From assembly GCA_020630015.1 (NCBI GenBank), contig JAHDCF010000008.1, positions 18,000 through 81,999 of the forward strand: 64,000 nt of DNA. The letters run 5' to 3'. Source of the stretch: Planktomarina sp. GTDB taxonomy: Bacteria > Pseudomonadota > Alphaproteobacteria > Rhodobacterales > Rhodobacteraceae. The position numbers and the translations under genes are program-made. This document shows positions 39,412-49,680 of the stretch, piece after piece (the first letter of the stretch is position 1; each line of letters begins with the position of its first letter). The notes beneath the pieces were generated by a model. That model saw nothing but the letters and a program-made list of their open reading frames with translations. It ran no database searches and had not been told where the DNA came from.

Positions 39412-40134
39412 TCAATCACTAAACAACGGCTCAAAAGAACGTGCATAGTGACCGTGTTTTTCACGCCCGCTCCAATCTTCCCCGAAAATCGAATAGACGA
39501 AGCCAGCTTTCAAAATATCGATCACACGAAAATTGTGATGGGAAAGCATTGGAGCAATGGCAAGCGAATAAGCGATTGGGCCTGTCGTCCTTAGCACGCC
39601 TTCTCGACCCACACCGTGATAATATGGTGAATAGTCAGCGATGTTGTTCCAAACGGCTTCAATCACGCGTTTCAAAATAGGGTGTTTCGGCTTTGCAATT
39701 AGAAACCACTGGATAAATTCCCCACCCGGAATCCGGCTAAGTTCAGCGTGCTGTCCAAAAGCTTCGTGGGGTTTACCCAAACGGCTGTCCCATTGCGCCA
39801 AAAGGAATTCATCAGAATCTTCGATCACCTCTGACAACGGATTTGTAATCGTAGATTTGATATCCAAATAGATGCCCCCATATTCATATATTACAAGATA
39901 ACGAAAAAGATCTGCGATCACGACGTTATAGTCAGGATGCAAATTATCAAGCTTGTCACGAATCCTCTTTGGGGCGTGTTGTTTTACAAAATCTGTAGCT
40001 TCTTCATTTGTGAAAAATTTGAATGCATGTTCGGGATTACGCATTTTCATATCTGACAAACAACCTTGAAGGTCGGGATTATTCCAATCAACATCACTTG
40101 CCGTTTGAAAAATGAGTTTTGGAATTTGTGCCAT
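39412..40134 (-). CDS. Glycosyltransferase family 32-like (Gly_transf_sug / OCH1-type)
   Basis: Contains IPKLIFQTA... and ADLFRYLVIYEYGGIYLDIK, the DXD-containing GT32 signature. The track's N-terminal extension to 40245 runs into the tRNA gene, so I used the ATG at 40134 (GGGGTGA RBS). Confidence 0.75.
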   Translation of the reverse strand: MAQIPKLIFQTASDVDWNNPDLQGCLSDMKMRNPEHAFKFFTNEEATDFVKQHAPKRIRDKLDNLHPDYNVVIADLFRYLVIYEYGGIYLDIKSTITNPLSEVIEDSDEFLLAQWDSRLGKPHEAFGQHAELSRIPGGEFIQWFLIAKPKHPILKRVIEAVWNNIADYSPYYHGVGREGVLRTTGPIAYSLAIAPMLSHHNFRVIDILKAGFVYSIFGEDWSGREKHGHYARSFEPLFSD

Positions 40135-40215
40135 AGTCACCCCGATCCATATCGGGATAACCATATGATTTGAAACACGATGCCACAAGCAAACTAGACG
40201 TTTTGATGGGAATAA

Positions 40216-40292
40216 TGGCGATCCCTGAAGGACTCGAACCCTCAACCTGCTGATTAGAAGTCAGCTGCTCTATCCAGTTGAGCTAAGGGACC
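40216..40292 (-). tRNA. tRNA-Arg (anticodon TCT)
   Basis: The reverse complement reads GGTCCCTTAGCTCAACTGGATAGAGCAGCTGACTTCTAATCAGCAGGTTGAGGGTTCGAGTCCTTCAGGGATCGCCA. It folds as a cloverleaf with a 7-bp acceptor stem, the GCTC/GAGC D stem, the GCTGA/TCAGC anticodon stem with loop CTTCTAA, a GTTCGAGTC T arm and an encoded CCA. Confidence 0.93.
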
Positions 40293-40348
40293 GCTGGAAC
40301 TGCTTTATCTTGCGTTTTCCGCTTTTTACAGAGGAAAAACACATTGTG

Positions 40349-40660
40349 TCAGTGTGTCCAAACACCTCGGCGATTTGTTGCGAAATTTTCGCCATATCCA
40401 CCTTGTCGGATGTTTTGCGCACGTTTCTTGGGCTGCATAATCGTTACAACAACACCATTTCGTTCGGCGTATTCCTTGGCCTCATCCAAGGTATCAAACG
40501 ACAAGCGAATTTGCGTTCTAGTATCCGATGACGAAGTCCACCCCATCAATGGATCAATCTTTCGGGCCGCGGTTTTATCAAATTCGAGTATCCAGCCGTT
40601 GGTTTTGGCCGTTCCGGACGACATCGCTGTTCGTGCAGGTTGAAAAATTTTAGCGCGCAT
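40349..40660 (-). CDS. ETC complex I NDUFS4-like small protein (NADH:ubiquinone oxidoreductase 18-kDa subunit homolog)
   Basis: MRAKIFQPARTAMSSGTAKTNGWILEF...DPLMGWTSSSDT..Q..L.F.T.EEA..YAE..G is the typical alphaproteobacterial pattern. The start is the ATG at 40660. Confidence 0.8.
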   Translation of the reverse strand: MRAKIFQPARTAMSSGTAKTNGWILEFDKTAARKIDPLMGWTSSSDTRTQIRLSFDTLDEAKEYAERNGVVVTIMQPKKRAQNIRQGGYGENFATNRRGVWTH

Positions 40661-40753
40661 AGAAGCCCCCAATAATTGGGGTCAAATTAGACGAAGCAAC
40701 ACCGGGGCCACAAGATCAAATCGCAAGCAATAATTAGAAAAGCTTGCAAATTT

Positions 40754-40768
40754 GTGCTTGTTTTGTTC
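40754..40768. promoter_or_regulatory. Near-consensus LexA box (GTGC-N7-GTTC) upstream of uvrB
   Basis: GTGCttgttttGTTC has one mismatch to GTTC-N7-GTTC. It lies 63 nt upstream of the uvrB ATG. Confidence 0.25.
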
Positions 40769-40830
40769 ACCAACCCCTTGCGGTAAATGATTAACGGATC
40801 ACATAAAGGGCATCGGAAAGAGGGATTTGC

Positions 40831-43026
40831 ATGCACAATAATTCTCCGGAGGCGATGCCAGCTCTGACTCATGCACCATCTGGCGATGTGCGAGAGCGAC
40901 CGAAGCTTGAGGGCGGACATGCATTTAAAATGCAAACAGAATTTGAACCGGCGGGCGATCAACCCACCGCAATCGCCGAATTAAAGCAAGGTGTACTGAA
41001 CGGCGAGCGTGACCAAGTTTTGTTGGGGGCAACCGGGACGGGGAAAACCTTCACCATGGCCAAGGTGATCGAAGAAACTCAAAGGCCAGCAATCATCCTT
41101 GCACCAAATAAAACACTGGCCGCACAACTTTACGGGGAATTTAAAGGATTTTTCCCCGAAAACGCTGTTGAGTACTTTGTAAGCTACTACGACTACTACC
41201 AACCCGAAGCCTATGTTGCCCGTTCGGATACGTATATCGAAAAAGAATCCCAGATTAACGAACAGATTGATCGGATGCGCCATTCAGCCACCCGCGCCCT
41301 TTTGGAACGCGATGATGTGATCATCATTGCGTCAGTGTCATGCATTTACGGCATCGGGTCTGTCGAAACCTATGGGGCAATGACACAGGATCTGCATGCC
41401 GGAAAAGACTATGATCAGCGCAAAGTGATGGCTGATTTGATCGCCCAACAATATCGACGCAACGACCAAGCCTTTCAGCGCGGCACATTCCGGGCGCGGG
41501 GCGACAGTCTTGAAATTTGGCCCGCGCACTTGGAAGATCGGGCCTGGAAATTGTCCTTCTTTGGGGAAGAATTAGAAGGCATTACAGAGTTTGATCCTCT
41601 GACTGGTGAAAAAACAGATACGTTTGAACGCATTCGGATCTATGCCAACAGCCACTATGTGACACCACGCCCAACGATGAACCAAGCGGTGATCGGAATC
41701 AAAAAAGAACTGCGAATCCGATTGGATCAACTGGTTGGCGAAGGCAAGTTGCTTGAAGCGCAACGTTTGGAACAGCGTACAAATTTTGATCTTGAAATGT
41801 TGGAAGCCACTGGCGTTTGCAACGGGATTGAAAACTACTCCCGCTATTTGACTGGTCGCGCGCCCGGGGAACCACCCCCTACCCTGTTCGAATTCATTCC
41901 AGACAACGCAATTGTGTTCGCCGATGAAAGCCACGTGTCGGTGCCTCAGATTGGAGGGATGTACAGGGGCGACTATCGCCGAAAATTTACTTTGGCTGAG
42001 CATGGGTTCCGGTTGCCGTCTTGCATGGACAACCGACCCTTGAAATTTGAGGAATGGGACGCAATGCGACCCCAATCTGTTTTTGTTTCCGCAACCCCGG
42101 CGTCATGGGAAATTGAACAAACCGGTGGCGTTTTCACGGAACAAGTGATCCGGCCCACCGGCCTGTTGGACCCGCCGGTTGAAATTCGCCCTGTAGAAAC
42201 ACAAGTTGACGATTTACTGGACGAAATTCGGCGTGTCGCAAGCGAGGGCATGCGTGTTTTGGCAACAACATTGACCAAGCGCATGGCTGAAGACCTAACC
42301 GAATACCTGCACGAGCAAGGCATTCGCGTGCGTTACATGCACAGCGATATCGACACGATTGAGCGTATTGAAATACTCAGAGATCTTCGTCTGGGTGCTT
42401 TCGATGTCTTGGTTGGGATCAACCTTTTGCGAGAAGGATTGGATATCCCTGAATGTGGCTTGGTTGCGATATTGGACGCCGACAAAGAAGGTTTCTTACG
42501 GTCAGAAACATCGCTGGTTCAAACCATTGGGCGCGCAGCGCGAAATGCCGATGGAAAGGTGATCATGTACGCTGACAAAATCACGGGTTCCATGGAACGT
42601 GCGATCGGCGAAACCAACAGAAGAAGAGCCAAGCAAATCGCTTATAACGAAAGGCATGGCATCACGCCTGAAACTGTCAAAAAGAATGTCGAAGACGTTT
42701 TGGCAGGCCTCTATCAGGGCGACACGGATATGGTGCGTGTCACAGCGACGATTGACAAAACAAAGGGTGGAAATATGCAAGCCGTCTTGGATGGCTTGCG
42801 CGCCGATATGCGCAAAGCGGCTGAAAACCTAGAGTTTGAAGAAGCCGCACGTTTGCGTGATGAAGTCAAACGTCTGGAAACTGTGGAATTAACCATCGCT
42901 GACGATCCCCTCGCCCGTCAGTACGCGGTAGAGAAAGCAGTTGATGATGCACAAAAAGCTTCTGGGCGATCAACGGCCGGACGCGCGGGGCAAAGAGCCG
43001 GTAACAAGCGTCGTAAAGGAAGGTAA
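40831..43026 (+). CDS. uvrB: Excinuclease ABC subunit B
   Basis: Contains [23 protein letters not shown] (Walker A), helicase motifs and a C-terminal UVR domain ([10 protein letters not shown]). Confidence 0.97.
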   Translation: MHNNSPEAMPALTHAPSGDVRERPKLEGGHAFKMQTEFEPAGDQPTAIAELKQGVLNGERDQVLLGATGTGKTFTMAKVIEETQRPAIILAPNKTLAAQLYGEFKGFFPENAVEYFVSYYDYYQPEAYVARSDTYIEKESQINEQIDRMRHSATRALLERDDVIIIASVSCIYGIGSVETYGAMTQDLHAGKDYDQRKVMADLIAQQYRRNDQAFQRGTFRARGDSLEIWPAHLEDRAWKLSFFGEELEGITEFDPLTGEKTDTFERIRIYANSHYVTPRPTMNQAVIGIKKELRIRLDQLVGEGKLLEAQRLEQRTNFDLEMLEATGVCNGIENYSRYLTGRAPGEPPPTLFEFIPDNAIVFADESHVSVPQIGGMYRGDYRRKFTLAEHGFRLPSCMDNRPLKFEEWDAMRPQSVFVSATPASWEIEQTGGVFTEQVIRPTGLLDPPVEIRPVETQVDDLLDEIRRVASEGMRVLATTLTKRMAEDLTEYLHEQGIRVRYMHSDIDTIERIEILRDLRLGAFDVLVGINLLREGLDIPECGLVAILDADKEGFLRSETSLVQTIGRAARNADGKVIMYADKITGSMERAIGETNRRRAKQIAYNERHGITPETVKKNVEDVLAGLYQGDTDMVRVTATIDKTKGGNMQAVLDGLRADMRKAAENLEFEEAARLRDEVKRLETVELTIADDPLARQYAVEKAVDDAQKASGRSTAGRAGQRAGNKRRKGR

Positions 43027-43032
43027 TTTTTT

Positions 43033-43061
43033 ATGGGGCAGAAATTCACTGCCCCATTTTA
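43033..43061 (+). terminator. Rho-independent terminator of uvrB
   Basis: A perfect 9-bp stem, atggggcag-aaattca-ctgccccat, followed by tttt. Confidence 0.7.
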
Positions 43062-43072
43062 AAAACCCTTCA

Positions 43073-45361
43073 TCAAGTTGGGTTATCACAACGAGCAGTC
43101 ACCATGACCTTGCCACGGCTTGGTTGTTGCCATCCCAATTTGATTTGATCGCCATTCGGACCGACGCCCGTAAGGGCATAGGGCATGTCACCAACGATCG
43201 AACCGCCACTTTGAATTTTGTCTTTAGGAACAACACTTTCAACAACCCGAGTTTCCGCCTGAAACGGCAAATGCGGTGCAAAATCCATCGTCCAAATGGA
43301 GTTATCCGAGGCTTCATTATGTTCAAGGGTACACGGATTGAAGATTGGCTGGTTGATGCCAGAATAGGTGTTGCCCTGCACAACCACATTTTTGAAACGG
43401 GTCCGATCAAGATCAGCATAGGTTGTATTGACCCCTTCAACCCGGTCGATGTTCCCGGCAAACATGCGGAACACGTTCCCAGACATATTGAACCCGCTCA
43501 AAGTATGTCCTGTGCCATATGGTTTAATCACCACAAAGTTAAACCAAGGTGCCACATCAATCGACAAGAATATGTTCCCAGTAATCGTCATGCCTCCGAA
43601 GGAATACTGGTTTGAAAAATCTGGTGTGCTATCGTGCTCATTGGTCCATTCGATATAATTGTTGTCGATATAATTGGATGTTATGAGAGCAACAGCATTT
43701 GGTCGCGTGAAAATCAGGCCAGCAACGCGTTCCCCGTCCGTTTCACCGTCTCCGTGAAACCAATGGTTTCCTGAAATGACAGATCCGGTTCCTGCGATTA
43801 CACCGAAATGCCGGAAATGCTGGATACGGCAATCCCGAATTTTGATGTCATTCTTGTTTGAGTTAAAGCAGATGGATATCCGATCTTGCACCCGCAAAGA
43901 GCTTTCAGCCGAAAGAAATTGACATCGATCGAACATCATCCCCTGACACCCCGAACCCGGAGATGTGACACAACGGTGATTAGGTTTGTTGAAATGGCAG
44001 TCGCGGAAATGAAAATTCAACCCTGCATTTGGCAAAATCACGTGGCTTGCGCGGTTATTTCCTAGAAATTCTACATCATCAAACTGCATGTAAGAGTTTT
44101 TATCAAATCCGCTAAAGTCCAACATGTATTTGTGACGCGTAAATGTGTATGTCTGAGTTCCTTCTGCATCAAACAAAGGGCGACTAAGCGTGATTTCTTG
44201 GGCACCGATGTCCACACTGGTTACATAAATTTCACGCCCCACCCCAGCACCAGTTATCAATGAACCTTGCAACACATTTGCTGCATTCGTCACATTCGTA
44301 AGCTTCAGTCCGTTTGAATTATCATAAGTACCAGGTGATGTTGTTGTTTCAGAGTCCCATGCCGTGCTCGGATCGGCTTGGAACATACCATTTCTTACAA
44401 CCCGCCGAGTGTTGAATTCGGTGCGGTTATTTACAGCAGCTTGCAGGTCAAGGGGCTCCGTTAATTGGATGCGCCGCCCCCCCATGTCCAAGCTTTCATG
44501 ATCATTGTAATTCAACAGAGATTGAAAAGCCTTTTTGAAGGCCAAAACCTCGTCATCAAATGCATCAATATAGCTGGGCAAGTTGAAATCTTTTAACAAC
44601 GTCAATCTGGCGTCATCCGGCATATTGATTTTACCGACAAAGCGTACGCGATTTTGAAACGTTATTGACCCGCCGATGAAGAACGTCCCTTCGGGAACCA
44701 AGACTTCTCGACCGTTTGCCGCATCGTCGGCCGCTTCAAAGGCGTCATGGTCATCCGCCACGCCGTCACCAATTGCACCAAAATCTCTGACATCAACAGC
44801 GCCGACCAATTCGTCCGCATACATCGTCGAAATGTCTTCGATTGTAAGATCATCAACACGTACAATCCCACCGTTGGGGCCGGTAAAGTCCAAACCAAAA
44901 TGACCGTATGCAGCATCTTTTCCCCACGCCATGTCGACGCCACCGCGATTGCCGGATCCGACGATTGCCCGAACTTCTGTGACTTCGCCATAGCTTGAAA
45001 GAGCGACCGATGGGCCAGTTTGCACAACACCCCTGAGCTGAGAGGCATCGTTTCGCCCTGCCCAACCTGCGATCCTGACAGAAGGAAAGGCACCACTGAT
45101 TAACTTAACTCGTGCTTTGATCAAAAGGTAACAACCGGGTGAAATCGGCGTTTGCCCCATATATCGAACCTTGGTTGTCGAGCTTACTTTTTGCAATTCC
45201 AAGCACCCGCCAAAATCTTGGTCGGCAGGCACAAAAGCAGCATTCGTCGCTGATGCATAAGTGTTCGAACCCGGTGTCCCATCTTGGCTGGACCAAACAT
45301 TCAGACCTTCTGAAAATGATGTCGGTTGAAATACAATGCCGTCTGTAATTGCTTTATTCAT
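43073..45361 (-). CDS. Large right-handed beta-helix protein (Pectate_lyase_3-like) with an N-terminal beta-sandwich/CBM-like domain; no signal peptide
   Basis: VDVRDFGAIGDGVADDHDAFEAADDAANGREVLVPEGTFFIG is the hallmark of the pectate-lyase-3/tailspike-like beta-helix N-cap. It is followed by repetitive beta-helix-like sequence. The start is the ATG at 45361 with a GAGGAAAGG RBS. Confidence 0.7.
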   Translation of the reverse strand: MNKAITDGIVFQPTSFSEGLNVWSSQDGTPGSNTYASATNAAFVPADQDFGGCLELQKVSSTTKVRYMGQTPISPGCYLLIKARVKLISGAFPSVRIAGWAGRNDASQLRGVVQTGPSVALSSYGEVTEVRAIVGSGNRGGVDMAWGKDAAYGHFGLDFTGPNGGIVRVDDLTIEDISTMYADELVGAVDVRDFGAIGDGVADDHDAFEAADDAANGREVLVPEGTFFIGGSITFQNRVRFVGKINMPDDARLTLLKDFNLPSYIDAFDDEVLAFKKAFQSLLNYNDHESLDMGGRRIQLTEPLDLQAAVNNRTEFNTRRVVRNGMFQADPSTAWDSETTTSPGTYDNSNGLKLTNVTNAANVLQGSLITGAGVGREIYVTSVDIGAQEITLSRPLFDAEGTQTYTFTRHKYMLDFSGFDKNSYMQFDDVEFLGNNRASHVILPNAGLNFHFRDCHFNKPNHRCVTSPGSGCQGMMFDRCQFLSAESSLRVQDRISICFNSNKNDIKIRDCRIQHFRHFGVIAGTGSVISGNHWFHGDGETDGERVAGLIFTRPNAVALITSNYIDNNYIEWTNEHDSTPDFSNQYSFGGMTITGNIFLSIDVAPWFNFVVIKPYGTGHTLSGFNMSGNVFRMFAGNIDRVEGVNTTYADLDRTRFKNVVVQGNTYSGINQPIFNPCTLEHNEASDNSIWTMDFAPHLPFQAETRVVESVVPKDKIQSGGSIVGDMPYALTGVGPNGDQIKLGWQQPSRGKVMVTARCDNPT

Positions 45362-45512
45362 AAAAATAGCCTTTCCTCGCGCCCTTCGAAAGGACGGCAA
45401 AGATAATCAAAAGGCCCTTGGTGTGGTTGGGGCCGCATGATCAAATTGGCTATTTAAAGAAAGTTAATGATAAATCAGCTGACCGTTCGCTAGGTTGCTT
45501 ACAAAAAAAGGT

Positions 45513-45914
45513 TTAAGCCGATACTTCGTCAGCACGCAGAATTCTAACGCCATCAATTCGCCATTCTTCGTCGATTTGAATCATGATGTATTCAAGGACA
45601 AAATATACCCCGCGAATGTCCAGGATTTGAACATGTTGTCTAAGCGTGCCTTCCGCTTGCTGAAGATTCAGAAACTTAACATCGGCATTGCGATGGACCA
45701 TAGGAAAACCGGTACGAACCATCTGTTCAAAACGTTCAGAAGTGCCAAAAACACCTTGAATGGTGGGACTGGCGTAGGAAAAGGCTTTTCCAAAGTCGTC
45801 TTGTCTAAAAGCTTCCAATTGATTTGAGATTGTAGATTGTATCTCTACGTCATCCGCAAATAAAGATGACGCCGACACCAGTGTTATCCAAACCCAAATA
45901 CAAAACGTCTTCAT
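45513..45914 (-). CDS. DUF4864-family (SnoaL-like fold) secreted protein
   Basis: A signal peptide followed by IQSTISNQLEAFRQDDFGKAFSYASPTIQGVFGTSERFEQMV. Confidence 0.65.
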   Translation of the reverse strand: MKTFCIWVWITLVSASSLFADDVEIQSTISNQLEAFRQDDFGKAFSYASPTIQGVFGTSERFEQMVRTGFPMVHRNADVKFLNLQQAEGTLRQHVQILDIRGVYFVLEYIMIQIDEEWRIDGVRILRADEVSA

Positions 45915-45967
45915 TTTTTCAATCTCCTTTAGTCTGATTAACTAGGAGACTTGGTTCACTGGTCAAA

Positions 45968-47611
45968 TTACGAAAGCTCCCCAGCCAGGCCCTTCTCTAT
46001 CAACTCCACAGTTTCATCGACCCCATAAAGGGCGATGAAACCCCCAAATCGCGGTCCCTGTGATGCGCCCAATAAGACTTCATAAATCGCGGTGAACCAA
46101 TCTCGCAAAGGTTCAAAACCGTGGTTCTTACCAATAGCAAACACAACCGACTGAAGGTCTTCAGGGTCAGTAAAGTCGAGATCCGGAACAGGTGTATCGT
46201 TCCCCATTGAAACGTTTTTTTGTTCAATCATCGTTTTAGCAAGCTTTGGCGACTTTAAAGCACTTGCCAAATCGGACAAAGCGGCGGCTTCTTGATTGTT
46301 CGGGGTTCTGAAGATCCTATTTGGCTTTATAAAATCATTGAAATATCGAACTGCGAAACCAGCTGCTTGATCAAGATGAGGATGTGTTTGCGCTGTCGCA
46401 CTTGGAGCATAGCGGTTGATGAATCCCCACATTTGATCCTTAGTTTCTGCAGATGAAACAGCAGCCAAATTCAATAACATTGCAAATGGAACTTCCATAT
46501 TCGAAGCCGGGACATTCTGGCCATGAATGTGAAACACTGGATTATTGAGCTTTGCTTTTTCATCTTGAGATGCGTACGATTTCAGTTGTTGATGATATTC
46601 ATCAACAGCTTTTGGAATAACATCAAAATACAAGCGTTTTGCCGTCTTGGGCTTTAAATACATATAGTATTGTAAGCTTTCTGGTGCCGCATATGCGAGC
46701 CAGTCTTCCATACCCAAGCCGTTCCCTTTTGACTTGGATATCTTTTTTCCTTCTTCATCATTAAACAGCTCATATGACAAGCTTTCGGGCGGGGTTTTCC
46801 CCAAAGCCCTGCAAATCTTCGATGATTGCACGACACTATCAATCAAATCTTTCCCAGACATCTCATAATCGACACCAAGCGCTGCCCAACGCATCGCCCA
46901 ATCAGGCTTCCATTGCATTTTCACATTCCCGCCCGTGACAGGAATTTCAACGCGCTCTCCGTCTGGTTCTTCGTAGACGATCGTTCCTTTAGATGTGTTG
47001 CGCTCTAAAGTGGGAACCTGCAAAACGTGACCCGTTTTGGGGGAAATGGGCAAGAAACAAGAATAAGTCGCACGACGTTCTTCACCCAACGTGGGCAACA
47101 TAATTTCTTGAATTTTGTCAAAACGATCCAAAGCCGTCAGCAAGGTCTCATCAAATTTCCCAGATTTGTAATAGTCCGTCGCAGAGACAAACTCATATTC
47201 AAAACCGAAGCTATTCAGAAAGTCACAAAGCTTTGCATTGTTGTGCTGCGCAAACCCTTCATGTGTGCCAAATGGATCGCGAACTTTTGTCAAAGGCAAA
47301 TGCAAGTCCAAAACAAGTTCCTCTTGCATTGGCACATTGCCTGGCACTTTGCGAAAACCATCCATGTCATCGGAAAAACAAATAAGCTTTGTCGGTATAT
47401 CTGAGAGAAGTTCAAAAGCGCGACGAACCATCGTTGTCCGCGCTACTTCTCCAAAAGTGCCGATGTGAGGCAAGCCACTGGGCCCATATCCAGTTTGAAA
47501 AAGAACGCAACCCTTTTCTGGGGGGGCTTTCTGATACCGTTTCAAAATCCGACGGGCTTCCTCAAACGGCCAAGCTTTGGATTTAAGGGCGGTATCTCGC
47601 AGATCGGACAT
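45968..47611 (-). CDS. lysK: Lysine--tRNA ligase, class I
   Basis: Contains KAWPFEEARRIL, TGYGPSGLPHIGTFGEVART (HIGH) and KISKSKGNG (KMSKS). Confidence 0.93.
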   Translation of the reverse strand: MSDLRDTALKSKAWPFEEARRILKRYQKAPPEKGCVLFQTGYGPSGLPHIGTFGEVARTTMVRRAFELLSDIPTKLICFSDDMDGFRKVPGNVPMQEELVLDLHLPLTKVRDPFGTHEGFAQHNNAKLCDFLNSFGFEYEFVSATDYYKSGKFDETLLTALDRFDKIQEIMLPTLGEERRATYSCFLPISPKTGHVLQVPTLERNTSKGTIVYEEPDGERVEIPVTGGNVKMQWKPDWAMRWAALGVDYEMSGKDLIDSVVQSSKICRALGKTPPESLSYELFNDEEGKKISKSKGNGLGMEDWLAYAAPESLQYYMYLKPKTAKRLYFDVIPKAVDEYHQQLKSYASQDEKAKLNNPVFHIHGQNVPASNMEVPFAMLLNLAAVSSAETKDQMWGFINRYAPSATAQTHPHLDQAAGFAVRYFNDFIKPNRIFRTPNNQEAAALSDLASALKSPKLAKTMIEQKNVSMGNDTPVPDLDFTDPEDLQSVVFAIGKNHGFEPLRDWFTAIYEVLLGASQGPRFGGFIALYGVDETVELIEKGLAGELS

Positions 47612-47673
47612 TTTTTCCTCCGGGAATTGTCGTTGTCTCCCTATTGCCGCAACTGCAAAGGGTCAATAAGTTG

Positions 47674-48129
47674 ATGGGAACTGATCAAAGGAATGATATA
47701 GTGAACATTTCACCCAACCCCCTTTCACCACAAGACAGCTTGGTCGCCGTGATGATCGGGATTTCTGCGTCCGATCAAAACATGCGCACATCTGAATTGA
47801 TTCAAATCCAAGGGATCGTAAATTACTTACCGGTTTTCGGGAATTATGACCCAGACCGTATTTCAGTGGTCGCCCAAACCGTTTTTGATCTTTTATCGGA
47901 AGACGAAGGTTTGGATGCCTTTTTGGGTTTGATAAGAGAAAACTTACCAGAAGAGCTGTATGAAACAGCTTATGCTTTGGCGTGCGACGTGGCCGCGGCG
48001 GATGGCAAACTGGGGCAATCCGAATTGCGGATGTTGCAAGAAATTCGATATGAGCTTGAAATTGATCGTCTTAACGCAGCCGCTATTGAAGTGGGTGCCA
48101 GAGCAAGATTCACCCCTTACGAACCATAA
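47674..48129 (+). CDS. TerB-like (tellurite resistance TerB family) protein
   Basis: Paired helical segments: LVAVMIGISASDQNMRTSELIQI and ALACDVAAADGKLGQSELRMLQEI. The start is uncertain; the track uses a TTG at 47644. Confidence 0.6.
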   Translation: MGTDQRNDIVNISPNPLSPQDSLVAVMIGISASDQNMRTSELIQIQGIVNYLPVFGNYDPDRISVVAQTVFDLLSEDEGLDAFLGLIRENLPEELYETAYALACDVAAADGKLGQSELRMLQEIRYELEIDRLNAAAIEVGARARFTPYEP

Positions 48130-49577
48130 TTTTCAACCCAAAGCCGCAACAAATCAAATTGTAATGATCGCGATTTTTTGGCCCAAACACCTCCACCAGC
48201 AGGTCGTTCACGATCTTCGGGCTTTATCGCTCCTCTTCTTCTCAGATCAGAGGTGACGATGGCAAATGCAAATGTTTTGGTTTCCGTCAAAAGGTAACCA
48301 GACAACGTGCTCACGAAATTCAAAGAACCCGTTTTGGCTTGCATAAATATTCCAGGGATCTCGGCACCAGCTTTATTTTTCAGTGGGATTTTCCGCAAAA
48401 CAGATCGCAATCCCCGATCGGTGTGCGACACCATAAAGTTTGCCAACCCCTGTGCGGTGACGCGGCTTTGATCGTTTAGGCCAGAATGATCTGCGAATGA
48501 TCCTCCAATACCCCAACTCTGAGACCAAGACGTAAGCGCCCGTGCGGAAGAAGGCAAATCAGGTTCTTTTGAAGATCGAAACCCCATCACTTCTGCCGTA
48601 AGATTTGTAGAAAACCTCAACATATCGGACAACATCTTCGTCAAATCTGGGCTTTCGTGTCGGGCAACCAATTTTGCTTCGCTGGGCATAACCCCATGTT
48701 GTGGAACCGGCATCTGTACACCCATCGAACGAGCGATCGCGGCAAAAGCTTCACCGGCATAAAGCTCTGGAACCCTTGTGGGCAGCCACCGACCACCTTC
48801 TTTTCCAAGTGCGGGTCTTGATACTGACCATTCTTCTGTTTCACCGCGCAAACGATGTGAATAGACTGGCAATTCACGTGGTTCTGTTACAATGCGCGAA
48901 ACAGGGGTATCAGGGGCGAATTCGTTTCCGGTGGCTTGCATTGTAAGCCGATACTTACCGTTTGGTTTTCTGGCCCAATCGAACCGAATGCGATTAAAAT
49001 TCAAATTCAAACCAGAAACGGCGGGATTATAACCCACTTGTGGGGGCTGCGTTGGATCAATTTGAAACAGTCTTGGAAAATCGCCTCCTGTGACGATGAA
49101 ACTGCCCTCAATCTTCCAAATACCAGCTGATCTGAGTGCTTCTGCCAATGGAACCAAATTATCGGTTTCCAAAACAGGATCGGCGCCTCCAGCAAGAATA
49201 AGATCGCCTTTCACGACCCCATCCACAATTTCACCAGTATGTAAAATTCGGGTCTCAAACCGATGTTCGGTCCCAAGCTTTTCAAGTGCATATGCCGCGG
49301 TGATTGCCTTCGTAACACTGGCGGGCGGTTGAAAACGCGTTGCATCGCGCTCTGCCAACGGCTCTCCTGACGTGACATCGATCAACACGTAAGACACATC
49401 GCCAGAAAGTTTGGATTTTTGGATTAAATCACTCGAAGTTCGTCGCGGAGCAAGCTTCGAAACGGCACCACGTTCGACCGGACGCATCGTGGTGACCGGC
49501 GCTTCAGCATTGGACGGAAAAGCGCTCAGCGATGACACAAAAACCAATGTCGAAAAAAGAAAAACTTTGAAGTTCAT
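48117..49577 (-). CDS. dacB: D-alanyl-D-alanine carboxypeptidase/endopeptidase (PBP4, peptidase S13)
   Basis: A signal peptide, PASVTKAITAAYAL (SxxK) and KTGSL (KTG). Confidence 0.85.
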   Translation of the reverse strand: MNFKVFLFSTLVFVSSLSAFPSNAEAPVTTMRPVERGAVSKLAPRRTSSDLIQKSKLSGDVSYVLIDVTSGEPLAERDATRFQPPASVTKAITAAYALEKLGTEHRFETRILHTGEIVDGVVKGDLILAGGADPVLETDNLVPLAEALRSAGIWKIEGSFIVTGGDFPRLFQIDPTQPPQVGYNPAVSGLNLNFNRIRFDWARKPNGKYRLTMQATGNEFAPDTPVSRIVTEPRELPVYSHRLRGETEEWSVSRPALGKEGGRWLPTRVPELYAGEAFAAIARSMGVQMPVPQHGVMPSEAKLVARHESPDLTKMLSDMLRFSTNLTAEVMGFRSSKEPDLPSSARALTSWSQSWGIGGSFADHSGLNDQSRVTAQGLANFMVSHTDRGLRSVLRKIPLKNKAGAEIPGIFMQAKTGSLNFVSTLSGYLLTETKTFAFAIVTSDLRRRGAIKPEDRERPAGGGVWAKKSRSLQFDLLRLWVENYGS

Positions 49578-49680
49578 AGCTTGGGGTTACGGTCTTGTTG
49601 CCGACTTCGCAAGCTTTGAACCTTTCAATACCGTGTGAAATGTCTGGTGAGTTACTTTTGTAGCTGCTAGCCCACAAAAC

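Noticed and set aside
40135-40245. The N-terminal extension of the GT32 ORF (track start 40245).
   Set aside because: The extension runs into the tRNA-Arg gene (40216-40292). An internal ATG at 40134 with an RBS begins right at the conserved IPKLIFQ motif.
45454-45467. A CtrA-box-like TTAA-N-TTAA upstream of the beta-helix gene, which would have supported a GTA/CtrA link.
   Set aside because: The spacer is 6 nt (TTAAagaaagTTAA), not the 7 nt of the established CtrA consensus. It is a single AT-rich match in AT-rich intergenic DNA and is not meaningful on its own.
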